Positions 47,453 through 55,927 of a stretch of 64,000 bases of DNA are shown in pieces. The notes beneath the pieces were generated by a model. It worked only from the letters and a program-made list of their open reading frames with translations, was not told where the DNA came from and did not search any database. The DNA is taken from positions 1-64,000 of the IMG/VR virus record IMGVR_UViG_3300009849_000001; one strand, given 5' to 3'. Position 1 is the stretch's first letter. Each line of letters opens with the position of its first letter. Position numbers and translations under genes: made by a program. Source of the DNA: a virus.

Positions 47453-47752
47453 CTATACGATACACCAGTCATCTGCAAATGTATCTGAACTACTTGCCAC
47501 CCACGAATCAACTCTACCGTCAGGCTGTACAAGTGCCATTTGGTTAGTGTATTTCAACGTGGTGTTTGTTTTAAGCATTCGGTTTTTTGCTGCTTGTGGC
47601 ACACTCTGCATTTTCGGAATTATATCCAATCCAATTTCAGCAGGTATTTGCTTAAAAACAAACATTCCTTTACCATTCCAGCCCGCACGAGCTACTATTT
47701 TGCCTTCTTTTAGGGCTTCTATGGCTTGCCCGTAATTTAAACCTTCTACCAT
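47453..47752 (-). CDS. DUF2829 (Tad2-like) protein, minimal 99-aa form
   Basis: LNYGQAIEALKEGKIVARAGWNGKGMFVF...VQPDGRVDSWVASSSDTFADDWCIV. About 70 percent identical by eye to the core of the gene at 24839-25336. Confidence 0.75.
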   Translation of the reverse strand: MVEGLNYGQAIEALKEGKIVARAGWNGKGMFVFKQIPAEIGLDIIPKMQSVPQAAKNRMLKTNTTLKYTNQMALVQPDGRVDSWVASSSDTFADDWCIV

Positions 47753-48004
47753 TTTTGTAAGGTATTAATGTACTGCCCATAACAATAAATATAACCCAGC
47801 AGGGCAGTGTGCTGTATTATAAGTTTGTGCTACTATTCAACATTAGTAATCGGCTGTTAGGGTTTTGCACTTAATCCCTGCCGTGTCATATTCTCAACGT
47901 TACCAACCATTTTAAAAGCTTATTAAGTTATTAAAATTGAAACAAAAGTTCGCTTTTAAAACAGATAGGTAACAACATGTATATTTCATAGCTTATCATC
48001 ACAT

Positions 48005-48199
48005 TTAATCTTTGTCTGTACAAGTTTCATTTTCTTTTTCTGCCTTGCTTTTTACAAAAGCATAAAATGAACATAGGGCTTGTTCGTGTCGCTTCTTAGC
48101 TGAACTATTTCTAAAGCTTAAATAGTTTTTATATCCGAAAAACTCAGCTATCTGTTTGCCAGATAGTCCGAGTTCCTTTTTTAGTTGTTTAATATTCAC
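48005..48199 (-). CDS. Small HTH protein (64 aa)
   Basis: LGLSGKQIAEFFGYKNYLSF helix-turn-helix-like segment. Confidence 0.5.
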   Translation of the reverse strand: MNIKQLKKELGLSGKQIAEFFGYKNYLSFRNSSAKKRHEQALCSFYAFVKSKAEKENETCTDKD

Positions 48200-48209
48200 G
48201 TTATTTTAT

Positions 48210-48578
48210 TTAAATTTCAACGTTACTTAATTCAATCTCTCCATCCATAGCATTTGCATATCCTCCAATTGTCTTAGCTGCCAATATAATTATGTCTACA
48301 TTACCTTGCTCTTTAGGATGTTTAAATATAACTTTCTTTTCAGCCTCTTGCCATTCGTCAATTTCATCCTTAGACCATGAATTTGGCGAATTAAGATGCT
48401 CTGAGTCAAGTTCAAATGGTTGATTTAAAATAAACATATCCTTTGTTAGTGGGATCTTTAGGAAGTTATTGTAGTTCCTTACGGAGTCTACGATAGCCGA
48501 TGGAAATGGCAAATCCTCAATGTCGTTGCAGTTTTGATCTACAAACTGCGATAGTGTTAATAATTTTTCTATCTTCAT
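48210..48578 (-). CDS. Hypothetical protein (122 aa)
   Basis: Tiled ORF. Confidence 0.6.
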   Translation of the reverse strand: MKIEKLLTLSQFVDQNCNDIEDLPFPSAIVDSVRNYNNFLKIPLTKDMFILNQPFELDSEHLNSPNSWSKDEIDEWQEAEKKVIFKHPKEQGNVDIIILAAKTIGGYANAMDGEIELSNVEI

Positions 48579-48587
48579 TTCGTTTAA

Positions 48588-48755
48588 TTATTTAATTTGA
48601 ATTACCGTTTCTGGCTTACACTCTGACCACTTCGGGAACTCGTCCTTAGTTTTTAAGAAAATTCTTTTTCTTCCGTTTTGTTTGCCTTGCAATATTGAAT
48701 CACTCTCTACCCATTCGGAAGTAGAGAGTTTTTGACCTTTAAATTTTATATCCAT
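48588..48755 (-). CDS. Hypothetical small protein (55 aa)
   Basis: Below the track cut-off. MDIKFKGQKLSTSEWVESDSILQGKQNGRKRIFLKTKDEFPKWSECKPETVIQIK. TAATG overlap with the upstream stop. Confidence 0.4.
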   Translation of the reverse strand: MDIKFKGQKLSTSEWVESDSILQGKQNGRKRIFLKTKDEFPKWSECKPETVIQIK

Positions 48756-48973
48756 TACGCTAATTTTAGCCAGTTTATATACTCTTGTTCTGTAATGTTA
48801 TTAAAAAAATCTTTCATTGAGCTATCGTTATTTTCTCCCTTTAATATGCAAGCTAAATTTATACTTTTTCTAACTCTTAGAGGCAATACGGTTAATCTTC
48901 TAAATCCTAATGAATAATTAGATGGTTGCTCTGATACTTTTTTTAAGGTCTTTGTAATTGTTGAATTAGTCAT
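48755..48973 (-). CDS. Hypothetical protein (72 aa from ATG 48973)
   Basis: The internal ATG lies 40 nt downstream of the TACATTTG box. The track start at 49039 overlaps that box. Confidence 0.5.
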   Translation of the reverse strand: MTNSTITKTLKKVSEQPSNYSLGFRRLTVLPLRVRKSINLACILKGENNDSSMKDFFNNITEQEYINWLKLA

Positions 48974-49012
48974 GGTTTTTATTTTAAGTGTTATTTTCTC
49001 TGTTTGTTGTAA

Positions 49013-49020
49013 CAAATGTA
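49013..49020 (-). promoter_or_regulatory. Putative -7 promoter box (TACATTTG)
   Basis: TAnnTTTG match. Confidence 0.4.
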
Positions 49021-49177
49021 AGCAATAAATTACAATCATGCAAATAAAGTAAGCAATTATTTACAAATAAATTAAAAATAAATAAACCCAACCGCGCAAA
49101 AAGAAAAATAAAACAGTCTGAAATGTACGTTTAATCAAGGTTTGTAATGTTTTACGCTACGCAACATACACAAGTGC

Positions 49178-49262
49178 GTTGTGCTCCATTGCAAACAAAA
49201 AATAAATCTGAGTGCAATTGTAGAAGTGTTGCTCGTTTAAACGGAAGCAACTGGAGCACAAC
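49178..49262. ncRNA. Candidate small structured RNA or protein-binding cruciform in a 240-nt gap
   Basis: 11-bp inverted repeat gttgtgctcca/tggagcacaac (49178-49188 / 49252-49262) enclosing the hairpin gttgctcgttt..aaacggaagcaac (49228-49251). Strand undetermined. Confidence 0.3.
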
Positions 49263-49278
49263 AATGTGTAATAAACAA

Positions 49279-49566
49279 TTAAAAAGCAATTCGCTCGGTG
49301 CGTCTATTGTACTTTAGCATCTTGTTTACCGTTTCAATCCTTTTTATATTCACGTCACCGAATTCATCATTTTCTGTATCCTCGTTACCTCCTATCAGAC
49401 TTGCATTTTCTAATGCCATATTGAAAAAGGATTGAAACTCCTTTTCGCTCATTTTTAAAATTACATCTCTCATTCCATTACTTTTTAAAAGTTCATACAC
49501 TAAGTCATTATACACAAGCATAAGAAAGTTTAGTTCACTTAATAAATGCCTGTGCAAGCTAACCAT
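49279..49566 (-). CDS. Hypothetical protein (95 aa)
   Basis: Tiled ORF. Confidence 0.55.
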   Translation of the reverse strand: MVSLHRHLLSELNFLMLVYNDLVYELLKSNGMRDVILKMSEKEFQSFFNMALENASLIGGNEDTENDEFGDVNIKRIETVNKMLKYNRRTERIAF

Positions 49567-49568
49567 AA

Positions 49569-49736
49569 TTATTTTTTGCCCTCGCTCTTACAATTTTTCA
49601 AATTGTTTTGGTTTATCCAATAGCTTATCATCCCACTTTTATTAGGCTTGCCAAGTGTGTCTTTAGCAATCTTTTCTAATTGCTCTACCTCCGTAGCTGT
49701 TAAGCTAAATGTAACTTTTTTAGTTAGCTCTTTCAT
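49569..49736 (-). CDS. Ribbon-helix-helix (CopG/Arc-like) protein (55 aa)
   Basis: Below the track cut-off. MKELTKKVTFSLTATEVEQLEKIAKDTLGKPNKSGMISYWI... ATGA overlap with the upstream gene. Confidence 0.45.
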   Translation of the reverse strand: MKELTKKVTFSLTATEVEQLEKIAKDTLGKPNKSGMISYWINQNNLKNCKSEGKK

Positions 49737-49939
49737 CGTACAATAATCCCTTCATCAGTACCTGTGTGTATTTTCTTTATATCTCCGAAATGAGAAGTAA
49801 CTGGTTTTTCACCTGCTGTTATCATTTCAGTATATTTCATGCCTTTTATATAAGCATCGCTATACCTTTCGCCAGTAACTTCATACATAGCTTTCATATA
49901 TGCCTCGTGTGCTGCTGAGTAATAATAATCGTAAATCAT
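49733..49939 (-). CDS. Hypothetical protein (68 aa)
   Basis: ATG 37 nt downstream of the TATATTTG box. Confidence 0.55.
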   Translation of the reverse strand: MIYDYYYSAAHEAYMKAMYEVTGERYSDAYIKGMKYTEMITAGEKPVTSHFGDIKKIHTGTDEGIIVR

Positions 49940-49975
49940 AATACTGTATTTTAGTTTTATTGCGTTATTGCTCTA

Positions 49976-49983
49976 CAAATATA
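49976..49983 (-). promoter_or_regulatory. Putative -7 promoter box (TATATTTG)
   Basis: TAnnTTTG match. Confidence 0.4.
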
Positions 49984-50210
49984 GTAAATACTTTTTAAAT
50001 ACAAACTATTTATTAAATAAAAAGCCCTCCCTAAAAATAATTATTAGAGCAGAGCATTTAATCAAGTTCAGTATAAAACGCCAGTGTATAACACGTTGTC
50101 ATACGTAATGGCTTACGGTAATTTGTGGCTAAGTAGGTGTTAATTAACATTGTAGATTTTTGGTAGTGAAATACATTTAGTTACCAAGCCACTACGCATA
50201 CAACCATACG

Positions 50211-50564
50211 TTATGTCTCATATTCAGGCTCTAAATCTATTGGAACATCACCTAATCCAAACACCTCTTTTGTTTCAAAGCTAATTTTACCTTCATCATC
50301 CAGCTTGCAATTAATCTCGCATGGTTCATATTTGTTGCCTTGCCAATCTTCTGCATAAGAAATACGAGGCATAACAAGCGGTAATAATTCATTTGCTTGT
50401 TCACGCTTGGTGGTTTCTGCCACCGCACGTTCAACCCAATTTAGGCTCATGCAACAATTCATTCTTTTGCCTTTATATTTTTCGTACCAATCAAATAACT
50501 GGTCTTCTTCCTTATTTGTTTCTGGTGTTATATAAGGGATATTATCTTTAAATTCTATTTTCAT
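50211..50564 (-). CDS. Hypothetical protein (117 aa)
   Basis: ATG ORF. Confidence 0.6.
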   Translation of the reverse strand: MKIEFKDNIPYITPETNKEEDQLFDWYEKYKGKRMNCCMSLNWVERAVAETTKREQANELLPLVMPRISYAEDWQGNKYEPCEINCKLDDEGKISFETKEVFGLGDVPIDLEPEYET

Positions 50565-50744
50565 CCTACGCTCGGTTATTTTAAGTTTCTACCACGCTCT
50601 AAATTTTCTGCGGATTCGTGGAGCAAACGAAATCATACCGCATCCACGTTAGCTGCAAGTGCTACGTAAGTGCTATTAATAAAGCTTGGTGGGTAATCAC
50701 TAAAAAATAAAAAATGCCCTCGCGCTTTGTCTGCTTCGCAGCCA

Positions 50745-51668
50745 TTAGAATGGTTCACAGCTTTCTGAGCAAAGCCCAGTTGAAACATTAAAATCAACTC
50801 CAAATAAACTTGATTGAAAACTGTATTCTTTTGAATCATCTTTCGACTTTTTAAATGGCTGTTTTGCCAATGTTCTTAAATCCTTTGCAGATAAATTGTT
50901 CCTATAAAATGTCAATTTACCTTCAAGTGGTTTACGTTTTTCTTTTCTGTGATCTGGAACGTAATATCCATATTTATCTTCCATATTAGACCACCAATCA
51001 TCTACTATTCCTGTAATAGTTTCTTCATATTCAATGGTTAAAAGCTTATTAAGTGTCTTTTTCCAGCATTTACCACAATTACCTTCATAACCTTTCAATT
51101 CTAGTCTAAACGGCATAGCATTCCAAAAACTATTAATCTCTGGTTTTGTAACTCCATTTATCACGTGCGGATATAGGTACTTCAACTCCTTCCAATCCTT
51201 ATTAACTCTGTCAATTTCATCTACTCTAATCCCAATTACAGTATAGAAATCTTCGCCTAAAATATCGTGTGCAAGTTTTTGAAGAGGAACGGTTTTTAAC
51301 TCTCGTGTACAATGTGGGTAGGCTTGATTTGGTATGCCGTAATCTTTTATCATTTCTTCAAATACTTCCCCATTTCTACAAGCATTTTCAAAGTCTGTAA
51401 ATCTATATGTAGTTTCACCCCTGTACTTATATGACATTACGGCTTCGATCCAAACAATTTCAATATTGTAATGCCTTGCTAATCTATCTGTAAAAACAAG
51501 AGTTTCCTCACGTTCTTTTGATGTGTTCGCAAAACCATATAATACTTCATCTTCTGGATGTTTATTTTCTTCCATCCATTGGATCAGATGCCCTGAGCTT
51601 TCACCACCAGAAATAGAAACAAAATATTTTTTGCCTTCCCTATTTTTTATTTTTTTACCGTTGTACAT
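50745..51668 (-). CDS. PP-loop ATP-pyrophosphatase / PAPS-reductase-family protein (307 aa)
   Basis: FVSISGGESSG PP-loop (SGGxDS-type) near the N-terminus and a C-terminal CGKC pair. Confidence 0.6.
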   Translation of the reverse strand: MYNGKKIKNREGKKYFVSISGGESSGHLIQWMEENKHPEDEVLYGFANTSKEREETLVFTDRLARHYNIEIVWIEAVMSYKYRGETTYRFTDFENACRNGEVFEEMIKDYGIPNQAYPHCTRELKTVPLQKLAHDILGEDFYTVIGIRVDEIDRVNKDWKELKYLYPHVINGVTKPEINSFWNAMPFRLELKGYEGNCGKCWKKTLNKLLTIEYEETITGIVDDWWSNMEDKYGYYVPDHRKEKRKPLEGKLTFYRNNLSAKDLRTLAKQPFKKSKDDSKEYSFQSSLFGVDFNVSTGLCSESCEPF

Positions 51669-51760
51669 TTAATCAAAGTTTGTGGTTAAAATCCGCACCA
51701 GACAGCTAACAAGCGGTCATAATGCACCTCGTTCCTCGGCGGCATCATACCGCCATCCCG

Positions 51761-52084
51761 TTATACCTCATTTATTTCTGTCACAGCCTTTAACATTAAT
51801 CCCATACCATCCGTTTCTTCTTTGAAGTATTCAATGGTTTCCAATAAAGCATTAGCCTTATCTTTAGCGTTTAATATTAAAGTCCTAAGCATAACACTTT
51901 TTACATTTTGATACACCAATGAAACGGAAAAACGAGGCATAACACATTGTATAGGCAAAGTTTTAGCCTTAACTTCCTGCTCTTTTTCGGCTTTGGCTCT
52001 ATCAGCTCTCATCTTTTCTCTAATCTCTGGTGGTATGCTATCTTGCATTTCTTTATTGAAGGTAGCGCATTTAATTCTGTCCAT
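51761..52084 (-). CDS. Hypothetical protein (107 aa)
   Basis: ATG ORF. Confidence 0.55.
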   Translation of the reverse strand: MDRIKCATFNKEMQDSIPPEIREKMRADRAKAEKEQEVKAKTLPIQCVMPRFSVSLVYQNVKSVMLRTLILNAKDKANALLETIEYFKEETDGMGLMLKAVTEINEV

Positions 52085-52141
52085 TTTATAAATTTTAGTT
52101 GTTAATAAATCGGCTAAAAATCAGCCCATACAATCGGCACG

Positions 52142-52468
52142 TTAAGAACAATTTTTTAATTGTTGTATTATCTCGCAAGTGTAATTGTACTTGTGGTTTA
52201 TCCTTCGCTTAGTCTCCTTCAGTAGCGTGTCGTAGCTTAATTCCTTTTTTCTATCTATGTTTTCAGTCTCTAGTTTTTTAATCAGCTTCTGCACTTTGGT
52301 TTCAATTAAAACACAGTTCTTAACACTAGCTAAAGAAAATGATTTTTCAATTTCATTAGCTATATTACTAACAGAGTCATGCGTAGCAAACATTCCATGT
52401 CCGTAATTCTGATTATATTCACCGTGGCAATTTCCCGTTATTATCTGTATTATTTTATCTTTAGTCAT
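52142..52468 (-). CDS. Hypothetical protein (108 aa)
   Basis: ATG ORF. Confidence 0.55.
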   Translation of the reverse strand: MTKDKIIQIITGNCHGEYNQNYGHGMFATHDSVSNIANEIEKSFSLASVKNCVLIETKVQKLIKKLETENIDRKKELSYDTLLKETKRRINHKYNYTCEIIQQLKNCS

Positions 52469-52536
52469 TTGTCAAATCTTTAAATCCATTAAAAAATTAA
52501 ATTCCTTAGCCCTGTCCATTGTATGCCATCGCTCAA

Positions 52537-52692
52537 TTAGTCATCTATAGGCTTATCATCTACATCACCCATTGCCCATTCTAAAGCAGCCTTAACTCCA
52601 TCTTCATAACTCATTCCACCAAACCCTTCACCACTTTCTTGTTTTTCTGTAGCAATGTCAATTTGGTCGTACATTTCATCTTTTGTTCTCAT
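52537..52692 (-). CDS. Hypothetical acidic small protein (51 aa)
   Basis: Below the track cut-off. MRTKDEMYDQIDIATEKQESGEGFGGMSYEDGVKAALEWAMGDVDDKPIDD. Confidence 0.4.
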   Translation of the reverse strand: MRTKDEMYDQIDIATEKQESGEGFGGMSYEDGVKAALEWAMGDVDDKPIDD

Positions 52693-52881
52693 TGTATTTT
52701 ATGAATTAATTAAGTCAGCGTTTATTTAACCCAACGCTAAAAAAAAAAGGTTTTACTATTCATACACAATTCGTTACCAATCCATTTTAAAAACTTAAGG
52801 TTATTTTCAATTCCAACAAATATTGTTTTTTTAAACGGATGGTAACAAGGCAATAAAAATAATAATTAAAATTGCCTACGC

Positions 52882-53118
52882 TCAAATAGTGCTATCTCCA
52901 CTAATTATCGATTCTAGTATCGTATATTCGCACTCGCAGTAATCTTCAACATTATCCATGTCCCCCTCATTGTTAAAAGTTTCGGCAACTGCACCAGAAT
53001 TAAACACAGTAACACTAGCTGGGTAGGCTACAACTTCGAGGCTTTCAGGCTTCCTCTTTAAGCATCTTTCCAAGCTTTTTACCCATCTCTTTTCATCTTT
53101 TGTAAACTCTCTTTTCAT
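52882..53118 (-). CDS. Hypothetical protein (78 aa)
   Basis: ATG ORF. Confidence 0.55.
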   Translation of the reverse strand: MKREFTKDEKRWVKSLERCLKRKPESLEVVAYPASVTVFNSGAVAETFNNEGDMDNVEDYCECEYTILESIISGDSTI

Positions 53119-53163
53119 CGCTAAATAATTTTAATTACAATTCTTATTCAAAGTGTGTTGCCA

Positions 53164-53883
53164 TCAGTGGCAATTCAAAGAACGCCATATATCAGAGCAG
53201 TACCCTATTTGAAATTTACAATCATCTACCGCATTATGGGCAGTACCTATTGACTTATAATTTACTTTTATTTCAGGAACAAAACTTACAAGAGTTCTAA
53301 CACATCTTTCTTTTCTAAAATCCCAAGGTATAGGAATACCTGCCTTATTGTAGGCGTTTTGTAAAATACCACAATCAAACCTCGCAGAGTTTCCCCATAT
53401 TTGATAGTCCTTATTACAAAATTCAGCAAAGTCCTCCAACGCTTTTATTATTGGTAATGTAGTTCGGTCTGTTAAGTCTTTTCTTGCTTGTTCATTTTGC
53501 TTCATCCACCACATTACAGTGGAAGCATTTATAGTTAGCCCTAAATCTACACAACTCTGCAAGTCCACATTTACATAAAATTCTTTTCCAATTTTACCTG
53601 TGTTTATATCAAATTCAACTGCCCCAATACTAACAATGCTTGAAAATGATTCATTCCCCATTGTTTCAATATCAACCATTAAGTGATGAAAAAAACTACC
53701 ACTAGCAAGCGGTGATATTGCAGTTGCTTCTTTCGCTTCAGCATCGCTCACTACGTCCATTAATAAATTCTGGCTATTTATAAATAAATTGCCGTATGTC
53801 TCTATATCTATGCTTGCAACAGTTGTATGTTCGTTCATCCATTCTATTGCTTCAAGTATGTATTTTGCATCTTCTTTTTTCAT
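53164..53883 (-). CDS. DnaQ-like (DEDDh) 3'-5' exonuclease
   Basis: MVDIETMG (Exo I), WGNSARFD (Exo II-like) and GTAHNAVDD (Exo III with His). Confidence 0.65.
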   Translation of the reverse strand: MKKEDAKYILEAIEWMNEHTTVASIDIETYGNLFINSQNLLMDVVSDAEAKEATAISPLASGSFFHHLMVDIETMGNESFSSIVSIGAVEFDINTGKIGKEFYVNVDLQSCVDLGLTINASTVMWWMKQNEQARKDLTDRTTLPIIKALEDFAEFCNKDYQIWGNSARFDCGILQNAYNKAGIPIPWDFRKERCVRTLVSFVPEIKVNYKSIGTAHNAVDDCKFQIGYCSDIWRSLNCH

Positions 53884-53911
53884 ATCCGTTCGCTATTTTA
53901 TTATTTATTCG

Positions 53912-54163
53912 TTAAAAGTCTGTTTTGTATTCATTTTTAGAGGCCCATTTACTAAAGTTTCTTTTTCCTACTATTTCAATGTTTTGTTTTGCTTCGCTAT
54001 CCCATACATTATAGTACTTCCCACAAATTGAAGTAAGTAAATAACGTGTTTCTTTCTTTTCTCTATCAATAGAGGTTTCAACTTTGCATCCTTGAAATGT
54101 TCTTGTTGTTTCTGTTAAAATAATCATATCCTTTGTTTTTGTGCTATCATCATTAACAACCAT
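53912..54163 (-). CDS. Hypothetical protein (83 aa)
   Basis: ATG ORF. Confidence 0.55.
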   Translation of the reverse strand: MVVNDDSTKTKDMIILTETTRTFQGCKVETSIDREKKETRYLLTSICGKYYNVWDSEAKQNIEIVGKRNFSKWASKNEYKTDF

Positions 54164-54295
54164 TTAGAGATAAGTAATTATATCTAGTACTCTATCATAA
54201 CAGGCAATTAATATTGATATATTATAATTTTACTTAAATATAAGTTGCCTTAACCTTTTTTAAAGTGGGTTATTATCTTTTTAGGAAGCTCATCT

Positions 54296-54661
54296 TTAAA
54301 GTTGATCAGATCCAATTAGCGTACGCAAATCTAATAACATCTCTTTTTTTAAACTATCTTCCTCACAATAAGGGAACCATTTACTGTACTTTTTTATGAA
54401 TTTTTCACTGCCTATGATATTACTTTTAGGCATGTGACCGACATTAATATCGGTCGGTTCAATCGCTATTTTAGAGACTTTCCCCTGTAATTCCTCAATC
54501 AGGAGATTGTTTTCCCTGATTTCAATTAGGCATGTATCACTGACCCCGGTGCTCTCTATTATATTTACCGGTAGATCTTCTAACTTCGCACCATCGTAAT
54601 TATATGCAGCGTACACAAGGGCCCTACTGCATGCATCTAATCTTTCTATTAACTTTTCCAT
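54296..54661 (-). CDS. Hypothetical protein (121 aa)
   Basis: Tiled ORF. Confidence 0.6.
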   Translation of the reverse strand: MEKLIERLDACSRALVYAAYNYDGAKLEDLPVNIIESTGVSDTCLIEIRENNLLIEELQGKVSKIAIEPTDINVGHMPKSNIIGSEKFIKKYSKWFPYCEEDSLKKEMLLDLRTLIGSDQL

Positions 54662-54667
54662 ATTGGT

Positions 54668-55270
54668 TTATTTTCTAGTATTGTTTGCTTCATCAATTAA
54701 ACCCCTGCAGGTAATTCGTCTATGGACAATTTGTTGCCGTAAAAACTTCATTTTTTTTATTGGCATACAGCTAGAGTATTGTTTTAAAAGAATACATGGG
54801 GTTGAATCAAATTTCAAATAGTTTGATTTACGTAACATTCTTTCGGCACAATCAGGACATATCTTATCTGAATACACAGGACTGTACACAAGACCACACT
54901 CAATACTTTTAAAATAATTTATACGGATAGGAAGTATTAACTTATCGTTGTGGTATATTCCTGGCTTCATATCGTAATCGCTTGCATCATTTTCGGTAAC
55001 TACCCTATATTCGCTTTCACCTTTGTAAATATCGTAACTGTCTTCACATATAGGGCATGCTGGCCTATACTTATCACCATAACAATACTCGCATAACAAT
55101 TCATCATCCTTAATAAGAAACTCAGGGAAATCACACATTTCAAAAATATCAGCTTCACAATTAAAACATTTACATTCATGTTTAATAATGAAATCAATTT
55201 CTTTTTCAGAAATATCTATAGGAGAACTGCTAAACCCTTCTTTGTACCGTTTTTTTATCCTGCCTCTCAT
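54668..55270 (-). CDS. Cys-rich (multi CxxC) zinc-binding protein (200 aa)
   Basis: CKCFNC, CEYC, CPIC and CPDC pairs. Confidence 0.6.
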   Translation of the reverse strand: MRGRIKKRYKEGFSSSPIDISEKEIDFIIKHECKCFNCEADIFEMCDFPEFLIKDDELLCEYCYGDKYRPACPICEDSYDIYKGESEYRVVTENDASDYDMKPGIYHNDKLILPIRINYFKSIECGLVYSPVYSDKICPDCAERMLRKSNYLKFDSTPCILLKQYSSCMPIKKMKFLRQQIVHRRITCRGLIDEANNTRK

Positions 55271-55324
55271 TTTCTAAATTTTATTTAAGTAGTTCGGTAT
55301 TTCCGAACTACTTAAAGTTATTGC

Positions 55325-55600
55325 TTATCTTATTTCACGAAGGTCATCATATGTCATGATGGTTGGCTCTTCAAATAGCATATAATGGGTTACTGTTTCC
55401 CCTTCGTACCCCATGAACCAAACCCATTCTTTTTCACCAACCTGCATTTTGATTCTTTTATTGTCAGTAACAGTACCGCAGTCTGTTAATACAATAAGCT
55501 TTTTAGTTGTCTCAGGATTGAGACAGTCATTCTCATTTCGTTTAATTACCAATTCGGGTAACTCTTCTGGCATTGCCGTACTTACTTCTATCCAATTCAT
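55325..55600 (-). CDS. Hypothetical protein, DUF551-like
   Basis: MNWIEVSTAMPEE...VTHYMLFEEP resembles the DUF551 pattern (W..v.d.lPe...vTHWmplPepP) from memory. Confidence 0.55.
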   Translation of the reverse strand: MNWIEVSTAMPEELPELVIKRNENDCLNPETTKKLIVLTDCGTVTDNKRIKMQVGEKEWVWFMGYEGETVTHYMLFEEPTIMTYDDLREIR

Positions 55601-55624
55601 ATCTTTATTTTATTTAATTACATA

Positions 55625-55677
55625 CAAATCTACACATTAAAAAAGGGAAATGCAACAACGTGTTGCGTTTCCCTTTT
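55625..55677 (-). promoter_or_regulatory. Terminator-promoter cassette, copy B
   Basis: 17-bp stem aaaagggaaatgcaaca-acg-tgttgcgtttccctttt (55641-55677), with the TAGATTTG box at 55632-55625, 25 nt before ATG 55600. Confidence 0.6.
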
Positions 55678-55714
55678 AATCTTTTTGGATTTAACATGAA
55701 CCCTATGTGTTGCT

Positions 55715-55927
55715 TTATTTTATGTTGTGGAACCTATCTCTCATCGAGATATCAAGCTCTTGCTCCATCTGGAATAAATCTTCTGCCAGTTTATGTGCGG
55801 CATCATCGGGAACATGAAAGCGTTTTAAATAATCATCAACTATTTCAGGTGATGATTTATTAGTTCCAATAGGTACGTTGTTTTTATACCACTGCATAAA
55901 CTGGGTTAATTCTGTTTTTAAATTCAT
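55715..55927 (-). CDS. Hypothetical protein (70 aa)
   Basis: ATGA overlap with the methyltransferase stop. Confidence 0.55.
   Translation of the reverse strand: MNLKTELTQFMQWYKNNVPIGTNKSSPEIVDDYLKRFHVPDDAAHKLAEDLFQMEQELDISMRDRFHNIK

Noticed and set aside
50633-50839. 68-codon ORF overlapping the 3' end of the PP-loop gene; also 61212-61412, 41361-41546, 55000-55197, 50252-50434, 12741-12968 and 20138-20407
   Set aside because: These are short ORFs nested in or overlapping better-supported genes, with no motifs. Their lengths are within what chance allows here, unlike the 166-codon ORF at 55998-56498.
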